Source: Candidatus Methylomirabilia bacterium (lineage in GTDB: Bacteria; Methylomirabilota; Methylomirabilia; Rokubacteriales; CSP1-6). From it: DNA of 18,345 nt. The notes beneath the pieces were generated by a model. The model was not told where the DNA came from and did not search any database. It saw only the letters and a program-made list of their open reading frames with translations. This document shows positions 11,523-18,345 of the stretch, piece by piece. Position 1 is the stretch's first letter; each line of letters opens with the position of its first letter. The stretch spans positions 1 through 18,345 of the forward strand of contig JBGPXN010000088.1 in NCBI GenBank assembly GCA_041492755.1. The letters are read 5' to 3'. Made by a program: the position numbers and the translations under genes.

Positions 11523-12757
11523 AGATCTGCGCGTTCCACTTGATGCCGCACCGCGAGCTGCCCGCGAACTTCGAGCAGCGCTATGAGAGCGTGTGGGTGA
11601 CCCCGCCGTGGTGGGAGCTGGCTGACGCGCGGCGCGTGGGCCAGTACTACAACTGGACGCTCGACGAGCTGCTCCACGCCGCCCGGGCCGGCTTCGACGG
11701 CATCTGCACCAACGAGCACCACCAGAACGCCTACGGGTTCATGCCGAGCCCGAATCTCATGGGCAGCGTGCTCGCGAAGCTGACCAACGACCTCGAGGTC
11801 GCCATCGTCCAGATGGGCATGACCCTGCCGACCACGTCGCCGCCCATTCGCGTCGCCGAGGAGTACGGAATGCTCGATTGCATCAGCGGCGGGCGGCTGG
11901 TGGCCGGCCTGCCCCTCGGAAGCCCCATGGACGTGAACCTCGCCTACGGCATCACGCCCATGGAGCATCGGGAGCGGTACCGCGAAGCCTTCGACCTCGT
12001 GCTGAAGGCGTGGCAGGCCAAGGAGATCTTCGCCTGGAACGGGAAGTACTTTCAGCTCGCGACGGTGAACCTGTGGCCGCGACCGATCCAGGAGCCGCAC
12101 CCGCCGGTGTGGGTGCCGGGATCGGGCAGCATCAGCACGTTCGACTTCGCCACCGAGAAGAACGTTTGCTACTGCTTCCTCAGCTACTCGGGGGCCCGGG
12201 CCGCCCGGAGCATGATGGACGGCTACTGGGAGGTCGTGGAGCGCAAGGGCCTCGAGCGCAACCCGTATCGCGCGGGCTTCCTGCAGCTCGTCGCGGTGTC
12301 GGAGACGGACGCGCAGGCCGAAGCCGACTACGCGCGTCACGTCGAGTACTTCTACCACAAGTGCCTGCACGTGCCCGCGCAGTGGTTCGCGCCGCCGGGC
12401 AACCAGGACTATCGGAGCTTGCTGGCCGCCAACCGCAACCCGGTGCGACGCGCCGAAAATCCCAAGACGCTGCGCTACCGCGACTTCGTGGACAAGGGCT
12501 ACGTCATCGCCGGAAGCCCGGCCACCGTGCGCGAGCGTTTGATCGAGGAGGTCGTCAAGGGCCTGCACGTGGGCAACCTCATGCTGCTCGTGCAGATCGG
12601 GTCGATGCCCCACGAGCTCACGCTGAAGAATATCGACCTCCTGGCCAGCGAGGTCCTGCCCGCGCTGCGGGAGATCTGGGACGACGAGGGCTGGGAGAAC
12701 CACTGGTGGCCCGCGCGACTGAAGAAGGCGCGCCCGCCGGTGGCCGCGGCGCGGTGA
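11519..12757 (+). CDS. LLM-class flavin-dependent oxidoreductase, 412 aa
   Basis: ATGA overlap with the crotonase stop. Motifs GFDGICTNEHHQ, PIRVAEEYGMLDCISGGRLVAG, WPRPIQEPHPPVW, IAGSPATV. Confidence 0.93.
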   Translation: MKICAFHLMPHRELPANFEQRYESVWVTPPWWELADARRVGQYYNWTLDELLHAARAGFDGICTNEHHQNAYGFMPSPNLMGSVLAKLTNDLEVAIVQMGMTLPTTSPPIRVAEEYGMLDCISGGRLVAGLPLGSPMDVNLAYGITPMEHRERYREAFDLVLKAWQAKEIFAWNGKYFQLATVNLWPRPIQEPHPPVWVPGSGSISTFDFATEKNVCYCFLSYSGARAARSMMDGYWEVVERKGLERNPYRAGFLQLVAVSETDAQAEADYARHVEYFYHKCLHVPAQWFAPPGNQDYRSLLAANRNPVRRAENPKTLRYRDFVDKGYVIAGSPATVRERLIEEVVKGLHVGNLMLLVQIGSMPHELTLKNIDLLASEVLPALREIWDDEGWENHWWPARLKKARPPVAAAR

Positions 12758-12791
12758 GCTGGCCCACCCGCCGCCCAGGGGGACGCCGGTG

Positions 12792-13589
12792 ATGGCGACG
12801 CAACCGCAGAGCGTCACGGTCTGGCAGGGTCAGGTTCCATTCAGGGTTCACGTCAAGGGCCAGGGCCCGGCCGTCGTCTTCTTCCACGGGCCGTGGGGCC
12901 TGACGTGGGGCCCGTTCCTGGACGCGCTGAGCCGCAGCTTCACCGTGCACGCGCCCGAGCATCCGGGGACGACGCCGGGACAGCCCGATACGATCTATCG
13001 CATCGACAACCTGTGGGACCTGGCGTTCTGCTACGACGAGCTGCTCGAGCAGCTACGATTGTCGGAGGTCATGCTCGTGGGCCACTCCTTCGGGGCGATG
13101 GTGGCGTGCGAGGTGGCCGCCGTACGTCCGTCCCGCGTCCGCCGGCTCGTGCTCATCGATCCGATCGGATTCTGGCGGGACGATGCGCCGGTCACCAACT
13201 GGATGCTGCTCGCCCCGGCGGATCTGCCCGCGTACGTGTTCCGCGAGCCCGAGGGCCCGGCCGCGAAGGCGCTCTTCTCGATTCCCGATGATCCCGAGGA
13301 AAGCGCCCTGGCCCGCACGCGTCTGACCTGGGCGATGGGCGCGACGGGCAAGTTCATCTGGCCCCTCCCCGACAAGGGGCTGAAGAAGCGCATCCACCGG
13401 ATCGCGGCGACGCCGACGTTGCTGGTCTGGGGGCAGGACGATCGGCTGGTGCCGCGCGCCTACGCGGAGGAGTTCACGGCACGACTGACGCGCACCCGCA
13501 CGGAGATCGTCAAGGACGCCGGGCACGCTCCCCACCTGGAGCAGCCGGAGACCACCGCCCACCTGATCCAGGCGTTCCTGAAAGACTAG
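12792..13589 (+). CDS. Alpha/beta-fold hydrolase, 265 aa
   Basis: AGGGGGA RBS, oxyanion FFHG, nucleophile elbow GHSFG, acid WGQDD, base AGHAPHLEQP. Start is ATG 12792 or GTG 12789. Confidence 0.92.
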   Translation: MATQPQSVTVWQGQVPFRVHVKGQGPAVVFFHGPWGLTWGPFLDALSRSFTVHAPEHPGTTPGQPDTIYRIDNLWDLAFCYDELLEQLRLSEVMLVGHSFGAMVACEVAAVRPSRVRRLVLIDPIGFWRDDAPVTNWMLLAPADLPAYVFREPEGPAAKALFSIPDDPEESALARTRLTWAMGATGKFIWPLPDKGLKKRIHRIAATPTLLVWGQDDRLVPRAYAEEFTARLTRTRTEIVKDAGHAPHLEQPETTAHLIQAFLKD

Positions 13590-13697
13590 CCGGCGATGGC
13601 GCCCGACTACCTCGACGTGATCCGGCGCGCGACGTCGCTCAGGCCGGCCTGAACGATCTCCGCGATGGCGCGGCCGCGACGGTGCCGCGGCGCGCGC

Positions 13698-14459
13698 TCA
13701 AACGGCCGATGCGAAGCGCTCGACCAGTCGCGCTTCGAGGTCGCGCGCCTCCGCCAGCGCGCCGAGCCCTTCGATCTCGCCGATGGCGGCCGCGACGTGT
13801 CGGACGATCCGCCGGCCTTCCGTCTGCCCCCAGCCGAGCGCGATCAGCGTTTTCTCGCACTGGACCGTGTGCTCCGTCACGTGGGCAGCGAAGCGGTGCA
13901 GGCGGAACCGCACGTCGATCTGGTAGTGCACCCACACCGTCGACCGCGTCATCGCGGCCGGGCCCACGTCGCCGAGCGAGCGGTTGGTCTCCGCTCGCGC
14001 CTCGCCGATCCGGCCAAGAATCGCGCCGACCGGCCCGGTGACGTCCACCTGAGCGGCCGTGGGCAGCCGGTCGTCGGGAATACGCACGGGATCGGACTCC
14101 GCCCGGTCGAGCGCGTAGCGCGTCTGGACCGCGTACCGCCGCTCGACGCTCAGCATGTGACGAAGCGTCTCCCGTATCGGCCACTCGCCCTCGCGCGGCG
14201 GCGTGTCCAGGAGATCGGTGGGTAGGCCGCTCAGCAGGCCGCGGAGGTCGCCGAACGCGCGCTGGGCCAGGGCGAGAATGCGGCGCGATTCGGGATGCTG
14301 TCCCGCCGCGATCCGGACGTGCGCCTCCTGCGCGTCCTCGAGGGTGCGGTAAAGCGCATAGCGAACGTCCATCCGCCCGTCACGCCAGGACCACGGTCGC
14401 GACAGCGCCCCTTCATCGAGCGCCGCGAACCCACTCAAGGCTGCGTCGAAGTCGCTCAT
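13698..14459 (-). CDS. DinB/YfiT-superfamily protein, 253 aa
   Basis: GGGAG RBS. LLDTPPREGEWPIRETLRHMLSVE and C-terminal AAHVTEHTVQ carry the DinB His pattern. Confidence 0.8.
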   Translation of the reverse strand: MSDFDAALSGFAALDEGALSRPWSWRDGRMDVRYALYRTLEDAQEAHVRIAAGQHPESRRILALAQRAFGDLRGLLSGLPTDLLDTPPREGEWPIRETLRHMLSVERRYAVQTRYALDRAESDPVRIPDDRLPTAAQVDVTGPVGAILGRIGEARAETNRSLGDVGPAAMTRSTVWVHYQIDVRFRLHRFAAHVTEHTVQCEKTLIALGWGQTEGRRIVRHVAAAIGEIEGLGALAEARDLEARLVERFASAV

Positions 14460-14640
14460 CGTATCTCCCGGAATCGACCGAATCCCGATCGAGTCGTCGC
14501 ATCATGCCCGCGGCAGCGCGTTGGGCGCAAGATCGGGCGGACTCCTAGGATCGGGTCCCACTGGACATCGCCTCCGGACCGCTTCGCTTCCGCGGTAGCA
14601 TGGAGCCCGCCGCAAGCCCGGATACGCAGGAGGCACGGCC

Positions 14641-16095
14641 ATGCTGGACGTTCCGTTCCGCTCCGCCAAGCAGCTCGCGGCCGACATCCGCAAGAAGAAG
14701 ATCGGCTGCGTCGAGCTGCTCGATCTCTATCTCGCCCGCGTCGAGAAGTACGACCCGGCGCTCAACGCCATCGTCGTCCGCGACTACGACCGGGCCCGCC
14801 AGCGGGCGCGCGCGGCGGATCGGGCGCTGAGCAAGCGTCAGGTGTGGGGGCCGCTGCACGGTGTGCCGCTGACGATCAAGGAGTCGTACGACGTCGCCGG
14901 GCTGCCGACGACGTGGGGCGTGCCCGCCTACAAGAACAACGTGGCGACGAAGAACGCCGTGGTCGTCGACCGCTTGCTCGAGGCCGGCGGCGTGCTCTTC
15001 GGCAAGACCAACGTGCCACTCTATCTCGCCGACTGGCAGAGCTTCAACGCGATCTACGGCACCACCAACAACCCCTGGGATCTCACGCGCGCGCCCGGCG
15101 GATCGTCCGGTGGCTCGGCGACCGCGCTCGCTGCCGGGCTCACCGCGCTCGAGGCCGGCAGCGACATCGGCTCCTCGATCCGCAACCCGGCCCACTTCTG
15201 CGGGGTCTATGGCCACAAGCCCACGTGGGGGATCGTGCCGCGCACTGGCCAGGCCCTGCCCTGGCAGGGCGCGCCGGTCGACATCGACGTCGTCGGGCCG
15301 CTCGCCCGGAGCGCGGAGGATCTTGCCCTGGCGCTCTCCGTCATGGCCGGCCCCGACGCCATCGAGGCCGCAGGATGGCAACTCCGACTGCGCCAGCCGC
15401 GTCAGAAGCGTCTGCGCGATTTCAAGGTGGCGCTGATGCTCGCCGCGCCCGAGATCGACGTGGACCGCGAGGTGCAGGATCGCCTCCAGGCGTTGGGCGA
15501 CTTCCTCGGGCGGCAGAAGGTGAAGGTCGACGACAAGGCGCGGCCGGCCATCGACACCCGCGAAGTCTGGCGCGTCTACACCCGGCTGGTACGCGCGGCC
15601 ACGTCGGACCGGCAGACCGATGCCGACTTCGAGAAGAACCTCGGCCTGGCGCACGCGCTGGCGCCCGACGACGAGAGCTACTACGCGCGCGTGACCCGCG
15701 CCGCCGTGCTGCCCCATCGCGACTGGCTCGCCGCCAACGAGGCCCGCCACCGCATGCGTCTGGCGTGGGCGGAGTTCTTCACGACGTACGACCTGCTCCT
15801 CTGTCCCGTCGCCGGCACCGCCGCCGTCCCGCACGATCAGGGGGGCAAGCGTCACGAGCGCACGGTCGTCGTCAACGGCAAGCGCGTGCTCGTGACCGAG
15901 CACCTGTTCTGGGCCGGCTACACCGGCGCGTTCTTCCTCCCCGCCACCGCCGCGCCGATCGGCTTCACGCCAGGCGGGCTGCCGGTGGGCGTGCAGATCG
16001 CCGGGCCCCAGTACGGCGACCTGACGACTCTGGCGTTCGCCAGGCTGCTCGAGCGCGAGTTCCAGGCGTTCGTGCCACCACCCGGCTACGAATGA
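14641..16095 (+). CDS. Amidase signature family enzyme, 484 aa
   Basis: AGGAGG RBS at 14628-14633. Ser-cisSer-Lys triad motifs GPLHGVPLTIKES, PGGSSGGS, GSDIGSSIRNPA, and C-terminal GLPVGVQI. Confidence 0.95.
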   Translation: MLDVPFRSAKQLAADIRKKKIGCVELLDLYLARVEKYDPALNAIVVRDYDRARQRARAADRALSKRQVWGPLHGVPLTIKESYDVAGLPTTWGVPAYKNNVATKNAVVVDRLLEAGGVLFGKTNVPLYLADWQSFNAIYGTTNNPWDLTRAPGGSSGGSATALAAGLTALEAGSDIGSSIRNPAHFCGVYGHKPTWGIVPRTGQALPWQGAPVDIDVVGPLARSAEDLALALSVMAGPDAIEAAGWQLRLRQPRQKRLRDFKVALMLAAPEIDVDREVQDRLQALGDFLGRQKVKVDDKARPAIDTREVWRVYTRLVRAATSDRQTDADFEKNLGLAHALAPDDESYYARVTRAAVLPHRDWLAANEARHRMRLAWAEFFTTYDLLLCPVAGTAAVPHDQGGKRHERTVVVNGKRVLVTEHLFWAGYTGAFFLPATAAPIGFTPGGLPVGVQIAGPQYGDLTTLAFARLLEREFQAFVPPPGYE

Positions 16096-17256
16096 AGCAC
16101 AGCACCGAGCGGATCCTGACGACTCACGCCGGCAGCTTGCCGCGCCTGCCGGACTTGTTCGCGATGGTGCAGGCGCGCGCGGACGGCCGCCCCTACGACG
16201 ACGCGGCGTATGTCGCCCGTGTGCGGGGGGCGGTAGTGGACGTCGTCCGCCAGCAAGCCGAGGTCGGGCTCGACGTCGTGACCGACGGGGAGATGAGCAA
16301 GCCGAGCTTCATCACCTACGTCACCGAGCGTCTCACCGGCTTCGAGCCGATCGCCGAGGCCGGTGGGCTGCCGTGGAGCGGATCGAAAGAGGTCCTGGCC
16401 TTCCCGGAGTACTACGAGCCGAGCCTGCGCCAGAGCCCCGAGCCCCAACGCCGCCGCCCGCCGCTTCGCGTGCACGGGCCCGATCACCTACCGGGGTCAC
16501 GCGCAGATCCAGGCCGACATCGACAATCTCAAGGCGGCGCTGGCCGGAGTGCAGGTCGCGGAAGCCTTCGTCCCCGCGATCGCACCGTCCAACGTCGAGG
16601 GCCGGCAGAAGAACCGCTACTACAAGACCGACGAGGAGTACCTGTTCGCCATCGCCGGCGCCATGCGCGAGGAGTACAAGGCGATCGTCGACGCCGGCTT
16701 GCTGCTGCAGATCGACGACCCCCGGCTGGTGACGTACTACATCATGAATCCGCACTCGACGGTCGCCGAGTGCCGCCGATGGGCCGAGGTCCGCGTCGAG
16801 GCGCTCAACCACGCGCTGCGCGACATCCCGCGCGAGCGCATCCGTTTTCACACCTGCTACAGCATCAACATGGGACCGCGCGTCCACGACATGGAATTGA
16901 AGGACGTCGTGGACGTCATCCTGAAAGTCCGCGCCGCCGCCTACTCGTTCGAAGCGGCCAACCCTCGCCACGAGCACGAGTGGCGCGTGTGGGAGCACGT
17001 CACGCTGCCCGACGGCGCCATCCTCATCCCGGGCGTCATCACGCAATCCACCGTGCTCGTCGAGCACCCGGAGCTGGTGGCCCAACGCATCGCACGATTC
17101 GCCGGCGTGGTCGGGCGCGAGAACGTCATCGCCGGCGCCGACTGTGGCTTCGCGTCGTTCGCCGGCTCGACCGAGATCCACCCGAGCATCGTCTGGGCCA
17201 AGCTGAGCTCGCTGGTGGAAGGCGCCCGCCGCGCCACGCGCCAGCTCTGGCCGTGA
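16092..17256 (+). pseudogene. Cobalamin-independent methionine synthase II family (single-barrel MetE-like) gene, frameshifted at 16433-16446
   Basis: ATGA overlap with the amidase stop. The N-part MKHSTERILTTHAGSLPR..GLDVVTDGEMSK is in one frame, and the C-part LLQIDDP, FHTCYS, FEAANPRHEHEW, GADCGF is in the +1 frame. Removing one GAGCCCC copy restores a 385-aa ORF. Confidence 0.88.
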
Positions 17257-17370
17257 TTCGCTGCTTCGAGCGCCGGCTCCGCCGGCGCAATCCGGCTTCC
17301 GAAGGGGGAGGCAGCGGAGCGGGCCGCAGGCCCGCGGAGCGTCGGAAGGGGGGCGCAGCCCCCCTCCGAG
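17257..17370. repeat. Multi-hairpin palindromic intergenic element (REP-like) between convergent genes; may also act as terminator
   Basis: GCGCCGGC-tcc-GCCGGCGC (17270-17288); GCGGGCC-gca-GGCCCGC (17319-17335); TCGGAaGGGGGGC-gca-GCCCCCCTCCGA (17342-17369). Confidence 0.7.
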
Positions 17371-18105
17371 TTAAAGATATTTCGTCGGCCACATGATGGT
17401 GCGCCACATGTGGGATGACGGGCTGGCGTCGAAGCCGAGGCCTTCCTTCGGCTGCTTGAAGTTCCGGCCCACGATGTCCGTGAACTCCTCGAGCTCGGCC
17501 TTCACGTTGGGATCGAACGCGTAGAGGTCGTTCACGCAGATCTGGCGCGCGCTCATGTACCACTTGTGGTCGCGCGCGTACTTGTAGTCCCGCTCGATGT
17601 AGGGATCGGGCTGGTAGTCCGGGCCGAACAGCTTCTTGTACATCTCCGGGTAGCTGTAGCCGGCCGACTCGTCGGCGTAGAACCGCAACGCCTGGTGATA
17701 GCGGATGGCCCAGCCGACCTCTTCGTCCACGTAGGGCTCGACCAGCTGCGCGGCCCAGTAGCCATGGTCACCCCGGATGAAGCCGGCGATGGCGATGTCG
17801 TGGACCAGGCACGCCAGCACGATCTTCTCGTTGACCCCGTTCTTCATGGCCAGCCGCGCGCTCTGCATGAGGTGCTGGGTGGGACCGAAGCGCAGCTTGA
17901 AGAAGTCGAAGAGGGTCGGCTTGTCGGGCATCCGCGGCAGCCGCGGATCGTGCCCCATCATGACCAGCTTGCCGTTGTCCGGCCGCGTCACCGGGAGCCG
18001 CGGATCCCGCTCCCCCGACGTGTAGATCGCCGACTTCACGACGATCCGGTCCAGCTCTTCGGCCATTGCCAGCTCGGCTGCCGCGGCGCGTTCTAGGGTT
18101 GTCAT
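17371..18105 (-). CDS. HD-domain metalloprotein, PhnZ/MIOX-like ligand pattern, 244 aa
   Basis: Strong G/C third-position codon bias. H78 (QHLMQSARLA), H102-D103 (ACLVHDIA), H114, H137 (IRYHQ), D193 (VNDLYAFDPN). Confidence 0.8.
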   Translation of the reverse strand: MTTLERAAAAELAMAEELDRIVVKSAIYTSGERDPRLPVTRPDNGKLVMMGHDPRLPRMPDKPTLFDFFKLRFGPTQHLMQSARLAMKNGVNEKIVLACLVHDIAIAGFIRGDHGYWAAQLVEPYVDEEVGWAIRYHQALRFYADESAGYSYPEMYKKLFGPDYQPDPYIERDYKYARDHKWYMSARQICVNDLYAFDPNVKAELEEFTDIVGRNFKQPKEGLGFDASPSSHMWRTIMWPTKYL

Positions 18106-18112
18106 GACCGGG

Positions 18113-18142
18113 ATGATCCGCCCCCGGGCCGCTGACTGTCAA
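18113..18142 (-). promoter_or_regulatory. Sigma70-like promoter TTGACA-N18-GATCAT, 7 nt before ATG (leaderless candidate)
   Basis: Perfect -35 at 18142-18137 and -10-like GATCAT at 18118-18113. No SD before ATG 18105. Confidence 0.55.
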
Positions 18143-18293
18143 GCAGGCCGGGACACGGGGCGTGGGGCAATTGCCCCACGACCGGGACACGGCCCGGCCC
18201 GCCCGGCGGGTCCGGCCATAACTCCGCTCTAAGGGCGGTCCCCCCGAGGTAGGCCGATTCGCCTGGCGGGCGACTTTTTGCTGGCCAAGGAAT

Positions 18294-18322
18294 CTGGTAT
18301 GTGATACAAAATCCAGTATGCT
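18294..18322 (+). promoter_or_regulatory. AT-rich promoter/operator for a rightward gene beyond the window
   Basis: CTGGTA-N17-TATGCT, overlapped by the dyad TgGTAT-gtg-ATACaA (18295-18309). Confidence 0.45.
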
Positions 18323-18345
18323 TTCCGAGCGCCACGAGATCGAGC

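Noticed and set aside
13596..13652. 18-aa ORF MAPDYLDVIRRATSLRPA* and 14-bp palindrome TCAGGCCGGCCTGA between convergent genes
   Set aside because: No RBS and too short to assign. The palindrome has no loop or U-tract and may be chance in high-GC DNA.
14484..14556. Short GATCGGG/CCCGATC repeats in the DinB-amidase intergenic region
   Set aside because: Only 7 bp with irregular spacing, which is insufficient to call an operator or RNA element.
14295..17396. 1033-aa + ORF
   Set aside because: Off-frame read of the amidase and the MetE-II C-part. Only 16092-16439 is genuine coding sequence in this frame.

Overview
High-GC bacterial DNA, densely coding. The gene set (multi-GAF kinase, two LLM oxidoreductases, Rieske oxygenase, MetE-II-like gene, amidase) suggests an oligotrophic soil or aquifer lineage such as Ca. 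Rokubacteria, which is inference only. From left to right: (-) UvrD-type helicase with the start of a PD-(D/E)XK nuclease domain, missed by the ORF track and running off the left end; (-) soluble 5xGAF histidine kinase; (-) stranded C-terminal fragment of an amidohydrolase; (-) LLM monooxygenase; (+) MNT antitoxin plus an internally deleted HEPN toxin; (+) catabolic cluster of Rieske oxygenase, MFS transporter, atypical crotonase, LLM and alpha/beta-hydrolase; (-) DinB-family gene; (+) amidase and a MetE-II-family gene frameshifted by a 7-nt tandem duplication; a ~110-nt element of GNA-triloop hairpins; (-) HD-domain protein with a PhnZ/MIOX-like ligand set. I saw no rRNA, tRNA, CRISPR array or transposase. 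The most notable observations are the GAF array with near-identical DNA linkers around divergent cores, the collapsed HEPN toxin, the potentially reversible frameshift, the hairpin element and the reductase-less oxygenase cluster. None is proven to be a new system from sequence alone.
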